A stretch of 64,000 nucleotides of DNA from Octopus sinensis (Eukaryota). Made by a program: the position numbers and the translations under genes. Below are positions 13,107-28,100 of the stretch, piece by piece. The notes below the pieces were generated by a model, which worked only from the letters and a program-made list of their open reading frames with translations, did not search any database and was not told the DNA's origin. Location: the NCBI RefSeq assembly GCF_006345805.1, contig NC_042997.1, forward strand, positions 92,380,001-92,444,000, given 5' to 3'. The stretch's first letter is position 1. The number at the start of each line of letters is the position of its first letter.

Positions 13107-16100
13107 TACTTGGTTAATATTTGGTCTTTTAAAATGCTATAAAATTCTAGTTCAAACCTTTGTGCTTCAGGTTGAAACACAGTTGGAAAACATAGCTGTT
13201 CGAGCTCAAAAAGAATTAATTTTGCTACATAAAGAAGGTACTGATACACCTCGCAGAACAGCTGATTGGTTAAATGCACGTGGTTGGTGCTCCTCGCATC
13301 ATCATATTCGTTGTCCCAAGAGAGTGTTCAGTAAGAAAAATAAAGAAAAAACAGTAAGTTCTTATTTCTTTTGTTTTTTTTTTCTTTGTCCTTTTGACAC
13401 TACACTTAAATTTGTAATTGTATGTATATTTGCAATTTGCTGAAATTTATTTTTTAATACATCGGTTTTTCTCTGGTTTGATAAAGTTTTCGTTTTTACT
13501 GTGCCTGCTCCTTATATTTCATGTAAATATCAATAGGTGCAAGCCTTGCTGGTTGGTTAAGAATTTTGCTTCCAGTCCACATCGTTTTCGGTCCAGTCCT
13601 ACTGCATGGCACTGTGGGTGTCTATGATAACCTCAGGCCAATCTAAGCCTTGTGAAAGGATTTGGTAGATAGAAATTGAAAGAGGCCTGTCATATATATG
13701 TATGTATGCCTGAGTGTGTGTGTTTGTGTCCCCTTGTCTTGACATCGCCTGATAATTGCAAATGAATGTTACTGTCATACAAGCAGTATCATTCATTTTC
13801 AATTTCTGCAAAAATGTCAAACATGTCTGGGTACAGGGAAATATTACTTTACTTGGTAACATGTGCAGGTTGGTGACAGGAAGGGCATCAAGCTATAGAA
13901 AATCTGCCTTGGTAAGCTCTGACCAATGCAAGCATGGGCAAAGTGTGCATTAAAATGATGATGATGATTAATATTTAAAATAACTATTACAAGTTTGACT
14001 TTTCTCTTTGTAGAATTAAAAAAATTTTTTTTTTTTTTACCAAATGTCATATCTTTAATGCATGAGGAAAACAACAATGATTGTGTTTGTAAAAATGAGA
14101 GTGAACATGTTTGGTGAGTGGATGTGTTTGGCAAGTGGTGTTTACTTGTTTAGTCTGAAGAGTAGCAGAAGCAGGTTTCAGATATTTTGGGAACTCATCA
14201 AGTCTGGGAGCAGTTTTATGTTTAATTTGGATTATAGTAAACTTGAGTATATTTCTAGTGCGATGTAGTTCTATTTAGAAATAGTTTATGGAGGCATTTA
14301 GATTTTCTTTCTTTTCATAGTTCAATAATCTGAAATATAGTAGTCTGTGATCTTGCTACAATGCAAGTTTGAATATATTTTGTGTGTGTGTCTGTGTGTC
14401 CAATTATAGCATTAACCTTTTATTAAAATTATAAAAATTTTATTAAAATTATATCAAGGTTGAAAAAATAGGCAACTATGGTATGCTGAAGTCATCTCAG
14501 TTGACTTATATCTCTTCCCTACAAAATTGTGATCTTGTGTCAAAATTAGAAATCAGTATTGTTGGTATTCAGTTAAACTGTATAGCAGTAATGTTGAAAT
14601 GTATTTTACTGTTTTGCTTCAACCAGTTTAATCAACTTTTTACAGTTATACGAATATGTTTGGCAGTACCTTTTCACCATTTAATCATTAAACTTATAAA
14701 GATGTATATTAACACCAGAAAGGGTCCGGGGAAGAATTTGGTTAACTTCAGGTACTGCAAAGTGTGGATAATCAAATATTTTGGGCTCTTGATCTAGAAT
14801 TGGATAGGGAAGATAAAGGCCAGCTAATGCATTGAGCCAGGGAAAAGGAGCCAGTTTTTGTGAGGGAAATGGAGAAAATGGTGATTCCATGGATAACAAT
14901 ACATGCTTATATTCACTAATTTTATCATTTTAAAGCTAAACTTGAATATTTAAATTTGATTTTTGTTTTTCATTTTCAGTTAGAAACATATAAGAAACTA
15001 TTTGAATCAGAGCCAGACCGTATGTCTGATTTTGCCAGACTAGCACGGTTCCTCACTGGTACATCAATAGGTTTGGTGCTTGGAGGAGGTGGTGCTCGGT
15101 AAGAGATTTTTCTTCAGCAAAATAATTAGAAAAAAAGCAATTGTTCATTTCTCTAATCAGTCAGTTACACTATGAATTTTATATTGCCAAATTTTTCTCT
15201 AAAAACTTCGTCTTAAAATAATTGTATGTTGAAATCTTGAGACAAAATGCATAACAAAAAATACAATGCTTTATTCAGTTAGGTAACTCAGTTGCAGAAG
15301 TATGTTCAAACATCAACAGTAGTTGTTTCATTTGAGATTACTATGGAGCAAATCAGTTTACAGTCATTTGGATAAAGCCAACATTAGAATATCATTGTAA
15401 TCACTGTAGGAGTATTTCTGAATTTTTTCACAATCTGGGATAGGCTTCACAATACTTTGACACTTATTAAAATACAGAAAAATAAACGGAAAATTAATGA
15501 AAGCAAACCTTTTTATTAATTAGATAGATTGACCTATTTTGTTAAATAGGTTATGAAATTAGTTACAATTGTCTGACTACCAGAAAAGTTGTGAGTATTT
15601 TATTTTAAAGCAAGCTGTCTATGATCAAGTTCTGGTTATTATTTGGTGTCTTTTTATTTTGCTTACATCAATTAGGCTCTTGGAAAATGTTCTCCAGCAT
15701 GGCCCCAGCCTCTGGTTCAAACCAGTATAAGAATTAAAGAATAAATGCCAAAATATATCATTATTTTCTCCTCTAAAAGTGGATTTCACATTAACGAATT
15801 TTGGCTGTGACTAGCAGCTAGTATAGGGATAGGCTTTGCCATATTAACTTGCCGTTTTTACTCTATATATTGAATGTTTTAGTTTAGTCCCAATAGAATC
15901 TCATTGCTTATAGACCATAATTGCTTCTACAGGATAAAGTAAATATATTATGTTTAGAAATTAACTTTACTAGCAGTTATATATATATTTTTTAATGTTC
16001 ACCAAGTATTATGTCATTATTACAAAATTTAAACTTGTATTTAGAGAGAGGTTTTATATTTTCAGTTTTGATATTTATGCCTTTCCCTGCAAAGAGTGGC

Positions 16101-19100
16101 TTCAGCTAAGAGCCAAAGTTGTCATGCTGTCTTATTTGATGTTTACTAGGGCTTGAACTAAACTACGGGCAAACCAGCTCAGTAGCTAAAGCATTTTACA
16201 TTAAAATTTAAATATTTTCAGAGCTATAAGATATTTAAGAATTTAACCAGAAAGTTTTTTTTTAATCCTAATTTGGATGGATATTTGCATATTCTTTTGG
16301 TAAATGTCTCATTTACAACTGCTCTTTCAATTGCTGCTCTGTGAATTGTGAATAGGAATGAACCTAGCCTCACAGTTCAGAGAAATAAGAGTGGAACTTT
16401 TAAATTAAACATTTTGGAACATGTTAAGTAATTTACTTTGTATGGGAGTATACCAAACAAAATTTGTATGGTTTTGTTGAGATAATTGACATTTCTCATT
16501 CACAGTAATTGTTTATATTGTAAAAGAAATATTTTGTATGTTATAAATATATGTTGAAAATATGTTATAAATATATTTTCAAATAGGAATTAGAAGCAGT
16601 GCTAGTGTTATAAACATTTCCACAAATACTCAATGCATGTGCTTTGCTTGTTCACTGGCAGGCTGTTGCTTACTGCAGTGGGGATGACTCCCTGAAAGCA
16701 CTGGGTGTTGAAACACTTGAAAGTCATAGACAGATGAGACAACTTTCCCCAAATTCCATTCAGGAGTGATGGACATCAATGCTTTGCCATTTTTGTGGCT
16801 TATCACCATCAAGTACCTGAACTGAACTGGATGCAAACTGACTCACCTGTCCATGGCTATATACTAGTAGTGTAAAAGCTGTTTGCTGGTATGCCCTGAT
16901 AATGCATATGTAAGAATAAATTCAAATATGAATTAGAAGTAGTGCCAGTGTCGAGAAATTTTCTCCATAACAAAATAGTGAATGACTTTCTTATGAGTTC
17001 AAATATGTCTCAAACATATGTGAACTGGTAACAAGTTTATATTTGTACACATCACTGCTCAGTGCTTCGCTTTCATATTTGTATGTTATCTCTACTTAGC
17101 AGAAGTTAAGAACAGGTTTGGATACCTACTTCCATTATTGACTGGAATTTGACACAAGAAATTTTTAAAATTTTGCTTTTGGTAATGTGAGAAAGCTAAT
17201 AGTTATAAAAAGCTGAGAGACATAACTTAATGGTTGTTATTGTTTAGCTCTTGTAAACAGTCTGAAAATAGATTCTGATATTAATTTAGCTGAATTAATA
17301 CTGTGTAAAAGATAATCTATCATGATTAATAAGACTCTTTATTTTCTATTCTTTCTGTTTAGTGGGATATCTCATATGGGGATGATCCGAGCCATGGCAG
17401 AATCTGGAATACCTATTGATATTGTAGGAGGTACGAGCATTGGTTCCATAATGGGTGCCATTTGGGCTGAATCTCAAGATGTTACCAGATCAGTACAGAG
17501 AGCACGCGAATGGTCTAATGTAAGTAGTAGGAAATAGTTTGTGTCTCTTTTTATTTACTTATTTATTTACTTTATGTATGTGTGCATCATATTTGTTTAC
17601 TGGAATGTATATTCCTCATCTAGTTTTAATATTCCTAAGTTTTTCAGTAATTTTCTTTTTCTGTCATCATTTGGCAGCGTTGTTAGAGAATTGTAAAAAT
17701 TGTGGTAATTGTTTCAGCTTTCTACTCTCTAAGTTCAAATCCTGCCAAGATCAATTATGCCTTTCATCCTTTCAAGGTCAATAATAAAGTACCAGTCCTG
17801 TACTTGGGTTGAGTCTTCTCTATTTATATGTCTCTCTCTGAAAGAAATTAGCTGTGGTCAGATCTGGAGAGACTGGCTCCGCCAAGTCTAACAAAAGTAC
17901 CCAAGATGCACCAGCTACCATGACAGCACCTCTTTAACTCTGCCAAGGAGTTAAAGGCCTAAAGAAATGTTTCAAATTTAGACATTTAAGTACTGTTTGT
18001 GCGATTGTTTTTAAAGCTGAATAGTTTTCCTAGTTGCTAATCATTAAAAAAAAAATGTCAATTTGGCAAAGTGAGGTAATCAAAATTATGTGCCTTATCC
18101 TGAAGCACAATTAAATGTCAGGCTCTAAAAGGAAAATTCAACAGTGAATGAAGTAGGATTCAAAGTTACTGTTAAGGCTTTCTTTAGCCTTATTTCTTTT
18201 TAAATCAGTATTATTTCGAATTATTAAATATTTTTAAATGCTGGTATGAACTTTTAGAAGAGGTTGAAGATTTAGTATTTTGTCAAACCCCACTTCCTAT
18301 TTCTATTCATTGGTATTCTAGAGAAAAGCATAAGAGACATATTGTTTAATAATAATAATAATGAAATTATTGTATACAGTGCTCAGGTACTATATTGTGT
18401 AGTTTGTAATTCTTATTTATTAGACTTAAGTTTTTTGTTAGATATGTCATCCATGTATGTGTATGTTGGAGTGTATGCTTATATATTTCTGCCTGTAAGA
18501 GTTCTAGTTGGGAAGGGTGTCAAACAAGGAGACAACATCTCTTCACCACATCTCAAAATGGTCATCAGAGACAGTGATCAGAAAGGTGGTGTTAGCTTTA
18601 ACAGCAAGTTCCTAACACATCTCTGATTTGTATGCATTGTGCTTATTGCAGAAACCTCAGATCAAATGCTAACCATGCTAATAGAGCTGAACCCCAAGAA
18701 TTCAGTAATAGGCCTCAAAATAAACCACCTAAAAACAAAATGCATGCCATCTACAAATATAGCATATAGTTAAAAGGTGGTGGGAAGCAATGAAATTGAA
18801 GGGATAAAGGAATACATCTACTTCAGACGAGCTGTAAATATATCCTGAGACATGAAAGCTGACATTTCAGGTAGAATAAGAGCAGAGTGGAAGTTCTTTT
18901 GCTTTAATTAAAGATGTGCTCAAAACAATGCTGGACAAGGCTCTGCATGCCAATCTCTTTGATAGTACCATCTGATTGCCATTCTTATATGCAAGTGAGA
19001 TGTAGGCTACAATGAAGAAGAAAGAATAGTGACTATCTGATATAGAGTTGCAGTGGAAAGATCCATGTTAGAAATATCACTGTGGGAGCATGTCCAAAAT

Positions 19101-22100
19101 GTGGTAATTTGAGAACAGTGTAAAATGAAATATAGGATCATGGAATATATAAAAAACATTAGGTTGGACATTTTGCAAAATTAACAAATAATAGGTGGAC
19201 TTGTGCAGTTGTCAAGTGGTATCCAAGAGATCAGAAGACCTCTAAGACAATAGGAAAAGGAGATAATCAAGGAAAGAATGAAAGCATTGTGACCTGTGAT
19301 GTTTATGAATATCTGGTCAAGGAAAAGAAAATTATACTTTAAAATTTAAGTTTTAACTCCACAAGAAGCACTATCATTTTTGTCAATTTCAGCTAGATTT
19401 TCTTGGAAAATTTTTGTTAGTAAATTGCTTCATAGTCTCTAAAGCTCTATCAATGATCCATTTACAATATTGAAATTAGAGGTTATATATTTTAGGGTCT
19501 AAATCTTTTGAGCAGTAAGCCTACAAAATTATTGGATTGCTCCCACTTGAAATACTAACTGAACACTTTTCCATCAATTATCTCTACATGTCTAGACAGA
19601 GCTAATTGGGATGGCACAATAATCGTAGTTTATATTTTATTTATCACAATATCTCATTTTATATAGTTTTGTCTTTCTTTTTTAGCTTTCTCTATTCCTC
19701 TTCTATTTCCTATATATCTTTTTGAAACCTTTTAACAGGAAATGACTTCGTTATGGAAGAAAGTTCTTGATCTTACCTATCCTGTTACGTCCATGTTCAC
19801 AGGTAAGACCACTTAATACGAGTCATTTTATTTGTTGATGTTTTTTAAATAAAGTCTGACAGAAGCATGACTTGATGGTGAGGAAGGAATAGTTTACACG
19901 GGAAGAAAATTTAAGTTAAGAACCAATTAAAATTTTAAGATACTCTCCAGGTATCTCTATGTATATACCTTAGTTTTCAGCATTTTTATACTTGTCATTA
20001 CTGCTAATTAAAGTAATTAAAATAAGGTTCATATATATGCAAACACTTTGTAAAATGCGAATTTTTGCACTACTATTGACTTTTTCATAATTCTATATCC
20101 CAACACTTTCTCAGGTAAATAATAAATGTAAAATATTAAACTTATTTCTAGTTGGTTTATTTACCTCACACCATCCATATATAAATTAAACAACCACGGA
20201 GACATCATACAACCTTGTCTTAACCCCACCTTCACATCAAATCACTCACTTATTTTGCTACCCATTTTATTTTACGTTTATTTTATTATAATTAATTCAC
20301 TACATTACATACACTTCCCAGTGTAGATATAATATAGTTTCTTACTATTCTTTTGTAGGATGTGCCTTTAATAAAAGTTTGGAAAATGTATTTAAAGATC
20401 GTCAAATTGAAGATCTTTGGATACCCTACTTTTGTGTCACCACTGACATTTGCTCTTCTTCAATGAGAGTACATACCACAGGTAAGGAAAACATTATTTG
20501 GTCTACTAATGTCTCTGAAATTAATGTGATACTTCATAATACATGCTCTCTTAACTTTAAACTTTATTTCAAGAAATAACTAGAATAACTAGATGATATA
20601 TTACTGACTACAATTAAATGTAACTGCAGCCATTATTTATAACTTAAACAAAATATACCTTAAATTTACAAGAATTTCAGCTTTTGTGGAGAAAAAAATC
20701 AATGCAGATTATGAAATCCAGTTTTGTTCTATTTGATTGCATCAGCAACATCAATAGTTTAATGTCCATTTTTTTTTATGCTGGCAGGTTTTATGAAAGC
20801 TTTTAGAAAAACTTTTATCTTTGATGCTCTTGAATTTGATATTAAGTTGACTTAAGAGGCAGAGCAGGCAAAATGCTTAGTGGCTTTTCATTCATCTTTA
20901 CATTCTGAGTTCAAATTCTGCCAAGGCTGACTTTGCCTTTCATCCTTTTGGGGTTGATAAGAAAAGTACCAGTGGAGCACTAGGGTTGAAGTAATCAACT
21001 TACCTCCACCCCTGAAATTGCTGGCCTTGTGCCAAAATTTGAAACTAATATTAAGTTGACTTAGTTTAATGTGTTTGACTTTTGATGACATGGCCAGAAT
21101 ACAAACTTCACTATAGTTATTGCACTTGACATACAGGCAAGTCACAATACTTGTTTCTCTCTGTCTAGATAAATGATGAATGAACACATTGGGTGATGTA
21201 GTCCTGTACTATGAACTCTTAAAGGATAGGATGGTACAACTAAAATACCTTTGATCGTATGCCTACTGGATTAAGGCTAACCTAATCCATAGTGTTGAAT
21301 AATAATGGACAAAGAAATTTATATAACATAATCAAAAATGCTAACTAGGTAAAAATAGATTTAAAACAAAGTAAAATATGCTAAATTGTCATTAGTCTTC
21401 GTTAGACCAGCTTTTCTATGTTGTTAAGTATCTTTATTTGTTTTAATGCATTCTACTTTCACTCTCTTTTATATTTACCTATCAGTCATTCATTTATCTT
21501 TTAAATTTTGATGTGAGAGATTGTTACATTTTCTACTTATAGGTTCTCTTTGGCGCTATGTTCGAGCCAGTATGTCTTTATCTGGATACCTTCCACCTCT
21601 TTGTGATCCAATTGATGGCCATCTATTATTAGATGGTGGATATGTTAATAACCTTCCAGGTACGTGGCTTTCTATAAGCTTTTAATCCTTTAAAGTTTTC
21701 TGTAACTGAAGTATTTGATAAATTCTTAGTAAATTGGCTTAGAATATACAAGGTATTATTAGTTTAACTGGAAAAGTTAAACTAATGGTTAAGAAGTTCA
21801 CTTTGTAACCATATGCTTTTGGATTCAGTCTCAATGCATAACAGCGTGAGTAAGTGTCTTTTACTATAGCCTTGGACCAACCAGTGACTTATAAGTGAAT
21901 TTGAGAGACAGAAATAGAAGGGAGCCCATTGTATATATGTGACGTGTGTGTATAAATGTGTATGAAAGTTATTTCACATTTGTCACAGCTTGAGCAAAAC
22001 AATGATAATATTAAAATTCCTTGTTGATATTAGGAATGGTATTTTGTAATCTCTTACTTGAAAATGCAGGTAAGGGTTTACAACAGGAAGAATAGCCAGC

Positions 22101-25100
22101 TGTAAAATCCTGTCTCATATAATTCCTATTCTAACCCATGATAGCTTGGGAAAACTGATGTTAAAACAAATTTCAGTTCAACTTTGCACTTTATAGAATA
22201 GTTTCACTTATTTTTAGTGATATACTACTGATAGACACAAAACCTAAAGGGGTCATAGAAAAAGTTTTTAAATGATGGTATTTGTTGCTAACATAGCAAT
22301 TAGGAATTTCATTAGAATTTTAACTCCTTTGTAAATACCGCATTCTTTGATGTCATCTTCTAGTTCTTAATATTTGGAATATTTATCATAATGAATATTA
22401 TTAACAGATACTCTTACTGTAGTGATTCTGTACATGTTTTTGAATATCATTACCTAAATTGAATAAATTAATCAAACTGTTATTGGATACTGTGTGAGTC
22501 TGTTCATTGTCTTGGGTGCTTGGATGGAGTGGTTTAGATTGTTGTATGTGTATCTATTGTAAACTGTCATCCTAGATAAGAGGAAAATAGTCTAGTTGTT
22601 TTTATTGATTTTGTCAGAAAGTAACAGCATATGATTATGACTAATACATTTATTTTATTTTTAATTTTCTTGTTTTCTGTTTTTTTTTTTCCAGCTGATG
22701 TGATGCGTGCTAAAGGTGCTCAAACAATATTTGCTGTTGATGTAGGCAGTCAAACTGAAGATGAACTCACAAATTATGGGGATGAACTCTCAGGTTGGTG
22801 GCTTCTCTGGAACCGCTGGAATCCATGGGCAAAAAATGTGAAGGTATGATTATATTTTCTTTGACTTATCCCCTCTCTATACTGGTATTTCCTATCAACT
22901 ACACCTCCACCTTTGTTTCTCACTCACTACAGTCATCTCTACTCCCATCTCTAATCATCTATTACTCTTGCCCTTCACTCTTGGGAAACTACTCCCTCTC
23001 ACCCCTAATCCACTGTCTGTATCCTTAATTATATACATCTTGTATTTTGAGATGCTGTGGCACCACATCATCACCAACTCCACCTTCTTTCCGGCTACTT
23101 CCACCCACCCAGTAGCCATGTATCTCCTCTTTTGCAGGACACTTGTGCTTTCCTTTCTATCATACTTTAGTCTTTCAATACCTGATATAAAACCAATGTC
23201 ACCCACCTCAAATACTCCCAACTACTTAGTCAAGGGAGCTTTTTGTTTTCCTTGTTCCAGTCTTGCAAGTTACTTGGTAACCTCACTAGTGCTGGTAGCA
23301 CAAAAAAAGCACTCAATAACACTGTAAGGTGGTTGGCATTAGGAAGGGCATCCAGCTGTAGAAACCATACCGAAGCTGACCTTGGAGCTTGATGTGGCCC
23401 TAGAGCTCACTGGATCCTGCAAAACTATCTAACTCATGCCAGCATGGAAAACAAACATTAAATGAGGATGATAAGAGGATTATATCTAAGCTCAATAAAC
23501 CACCAAACTACATATCAATTTGTAATTCAGTTTTCTATCATTGAGTTTCTCTTTTTTCTCTTTTGTTACATAAGTGTAATGTAGGTATTTCAAAATATCT
23601 CATGGAGTGAGTGTGGCCTGCATAGTTATGGGCTGCCCTTTTTTTGGAAAAGCATAGCACCTGATTAGCCATCCTGTCAAAGATATGGCAAAGTCATGGG
23701 ATTGCAGCATGGTAGTTATGAAGAGCTCAACTAAACCAACTGTGCATCTTACGTGGATGCTGAGTGCAGGAATTCTAATAGATCAATGGCCAGAATCACC
23801 AAGCTCTATCAAGAGAACAGCGGCAATGCATCTATAGGGGCGGTACCCATGGCTGTGTAATCAGCTAATAAAAGATCCACTATGGATCAAACTCCTAATT
23901 CAAATTAATAATAATGAAACTGGATGTCATAGGAATCTGTAAAAGTGGCAGAGAGGTGGGGAACCCCACAGAAGTGTAGGTGTTTAATCCTTTAACCAAA
24001 AACAGTATACAACACCAAGGATTAGCTACAAAGTATTGACACTCCAGCTGAAATTTTGACATTTTATTTGGTTAAAATTGATTATATGAGTATATAAAAC
24101 CAAACCAAGGATTTAAAAAAATCCTTCCCCTTCAAGTGTTGAATGAATTTTGTTGCTGGTAGATTTCATGAATGGGTTGAGCTAAATGTTTAATGTTTGT
24201 GTTCATATTCCAGGTACCAGACATGAATGAAATCCAGTCTCGGCTAGCATATGTATCGTGTGTGAGACAACTTGAAATGGTGAAAAATAGTGACTACTGT
24301 GAATATGTGAGACCACCAATCGACAAATTCAAAACATTACAATTCGGAAGCTTTGATGAAATATATGCAAGTTTATTTAATTATTTAAAAAAAATAATTC
24401 ATTTTTATTTGAAAACATATTATTATATCTAAATAGTGAGAAATCCCAAAAGGGTCTGTGGCATAACATTATTTGACAGGGTACTTAGCTTGGAGATAAG
24501 GTCTCTGTAGGTTAAGTCACTACTTCTCTGCATTGAGAGGTCACACAACAAACGTGATTAGAATGTCACAGGAAAGAATCATAAGACAAATTCTTCAAGC
24601 TTAACCAATTGGCAGGAGACCTAGGGGTATACGATGGTTGGGTAGTCACCATACTCTCGGTTGGTCATGCTTGGGAATGAAAAAAATACATTAAAAGTAT
24701 AAGGGATCAAATTATCGATAAAAAAGAAAACCCATAACTATCTCACTAAGAAAATAAAGAAAATATAATGGTGTGGCATTAAGCAGCAGAAGATGGTGGG
24801 CGAGGGAATAACAGGTGGTCACACCTGAACAAATGGTGTGTTAAGCTATGCCTCATGGACATGATTGCAAAGGTGTTGCCACAAAAAATGGTCAGTGATA
24901 CTTACTGCTGTAACCTGCCCACCTCACAGGGCTCTGTTTCAAAACAATCAAATCTGTTTCAAAACAAATATAAACCTCATTTTAGTTTCCATTCTTTTGA
25001 TTTTGTATTTATTTTATAAACTGTTACTATATTACAAGAATCATTAATTTTTACAACTATAATAAAACTGCAAGAAGGTCTCACATTTACAGAATTATTA

Positions 25101-28100
25101 GAGTTCTAATCTTTCTGTGACTTCTTTCATGGTATCTAGTAGTAGATAGCAGATGGTATTCAGTAGTAGATATTGTCCTATGATGGACTTGTCCCATGAT
25201 GCACTTGTGTCCTGTTTAGGGCAGAGTGTTGTAATCTCAGTATACCATGCAAACCAGATTAAGTGTTCAGATTGTAAATGTACATCTTTTGACTCTATGT
25301 AATATGATTGATAATAAAACAAAAGTATACATGACACTATATGCAAGGTAGTATGGCTACACCACTGTGGATTTTTCCTTTTTTAAAAAATTTTTTTTAG
25401 AGTACAATTGTTTTTATTAACCTAGTTTTTACAGGAATCTTTAACTATAGTAGAAAATAACAATCACTTCAAATGTTATGTTATATGTCTGATTTTTTTC
25501 CTCTCTCTCTGAAATATTGTCTTGTAGGAAGTTGGTTACCATCATGCTAAAACACTGTTCAGTGGCTGGATCAAAGGAGGAATTTTAGAAGATCTTTTCA
25601 AGGAAAAATCAGAAGAAAGAAAGTTCAAAAAGAAAGCATCGCCATTATTTGTAAGAATATCATTGAAAGATTTACTGTTTTTCTAATAGTTGCCATTTCT
25701 GTACATTTTTCTTAGCTTTGTATTGTGTGTGTATGTGTATATTTACATACATACGCACACACATAATGTGAAGTTTATTGACTTGTTACAAAACTGGAAT
25801 TAGCAAATTAGTAAAATATTTTGTGTGTAGTGTCTTTTGTTTTTTTTTTATCCTTTTGTTGAGATATTTGAATTACTATTTTAAACATACCAATAAATTA
25901 ACACCCTAAACTTACTTGTCATTTTGACTGACTTGCTTTGTCTTCGTATTCTCCTCCTCACTGGTCTTCTACTAGTCTCTTTTTGTTTCCTTTCTTCTTA
26001 ACAATTGATCTTAAATGTTGAAACTGAATATTAACATAATGTAGTCTTATATATCCATTCAGTGTTGACTATCAGAAATAAAGAGTACTCAATACCATAG
26101 TAGAGATCAATATTTTGTTCAAATCATTGCTTCTCCGAGTTTTGCCCGTGGATGTACAGGGTCTTCAGCTTGGAGGAATGGGCTATGACCATGGCCTTGG
26201 AAGACCCTCTGAGACCAGAGATATTGTTGCAGTTAATGTTCTTCTTGAATAACTACAAGTTCATGATTGTTGTAAGGAAAATTCAGAGGGAGGACAGTCT
26301 GAGAAGGAAGGATTGAAAAGAAGTGAGGAAGGGGAAAGAGACAGTATGGGCAATGAAGAAATGTGAATGAATTTGGTAGGTCTGATAGAAGTGGCATGAG
26401 ATCAACCACCTACAAGGAACAGAGGTTGTAGTAGTGATGGCAGAAGATACAAAATGAGGAAATAGCTTGTCTGTGGTCCAGGGGTTGTGAGCAAGTTCAT
26501 GCCAATCAGTCAAGTGACCCAAGTAACCTTTTTTTTTTTGCATGAGGTTCATGATGGTATTTACAACTGCTCAATTCTAAACACTAGTCCTGGCACTCTT
26601 GGTCTTCCAGAAGGACTGGGAGATGTGATGATTTGCTGCACTTGATAAGATGCATCAAGCACATACAGGCTTGTCCTTCAGGTGCTGGTGCTACTTAAAA
26701 AGCACCCATGTTGGTGCTGCATTAATGCACCTATGCTGGTACTATGTAAATGCATCTGTGCCAGTGGCACATAAAAACATCCAGCACCTCTAAGTGGTTG
26801 GTGTTAGGAAGGGCATCCAGCTGTAGAAACCATGCTACAACACACAGTTCGAGTCTGGACAGCTCCCTGCTAGCTAGCACCATGTCAAACTATCCTACCC
26901 ATGCCAGCATGGAAAGAGGATGCTAAACTATTATAATGACGATGAAACATTTTTGAAACTTGTGTGGCTTTGTTGCTAGCTGTTTTGGTAATAGTGCAAC
27001 TGCTACAGTTGATGTTGATGTACACAATTGAATCACAAGAGCTTGAGGAAGTATAAATGTATGCTGGGTAACCGAGATATTATAGTGTTTGTAGTACAGT
27101 ATAGTGTTGTTAATTTTGAAATTTTTATATTCTTGTGTCACCTATTTAAGATGTAAGCTTTTATTGAACATATACAAACCATTCACGCTGTGTCCATTGT
27201 ATATTTATAAGTATGAGGTTTAGTGCTTTGTACAAGGTCCCTATTTAAAGGTAGTAAAGACTTTGAGTAATATTTGTTTGTTTTAGGAATGACATAGAAA
27301 CCTCCTCATTATTGTTATTATTTTGAAAGTCTTCTGTTGCTCTGTTTAAGATGTAACAGGTTAATTTGTTTTAATTAAATGACTGTAGTCAGTTAATTTC
27401 AGTGGTTTTGATTGACTGTGAGTCATCTGGCAGAATTTGCTTTACACCAGAAAACAGTTATGATATTCTATCCTACAGATTGGGCGGGATTCTTACTTTT
27501 TGGGTCAAATTCTTCCAATCTTAGAATTCAAACCAATCAAATTCAGCTGCTATAAAATAGTTATATGAATTAACCTTTTGGGGTTTTCTGAATACTTTTT
27601 TCATAGCAACTAATTATACAGGAAATAATGTTTTTCTTAGTGTTGCTGTTTCATCCTTTTATATAAATACATCTTTGTGTTTAATACTAGCATTAGTATT
27701 ATGATTGCGAAAGTGTTAAATCTGGTGTATTGTTCAGATAATTAGTATTACCTATTTGTTTATTGCATTCTTAAACATTAAAGTCTACATGATATCAGAT
27801 ATATGTAGTAATTACACACCCTCCCACACACACACTATTTTTATTCTGAAATTTTTGTACTCTTTAGCAGGCTGATATGAGCCTTTTACAAGGCAGGAAG
27901 TAAAGTGGTGATCCTAAAATTACAGGCCAAGGATATGTATCTACTCCATTCCAACTCCTAGTAAGGTTATTGATGCTAATGCTTCAGCTAGCTATTATAT
28001 ATTCATATAATATATACACACAAAAGTCCTTATTAGATCTTGTATTTTTGGATAAAACTATAAACCCTTTTCAGCTTTTTGCAGCTTTAAAAAAATCATA

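Noticed and set aside
16590-16970. Degenerate direct repeat of about 35 bp (aattagaag.agtgc.agtgt) flanking an unclassified insert
   Set aside because: Too long and too diverged for a TSD, and the enclosed sequence could not be assigned.
22860-23330. Overlapping ORFs 22955-23221 and 22968-23327
   Set aside because: Pyrimidine-skewed intronic sequence, probably an old LINE remnant, with no recognisable motif or splice support.
24371-24376. GT donor (gtttat) for exon 17
   Set aside because: It would give phase 1, break the frame with exon 18, and has a poor consensus; the GC donor at 24367 fits.
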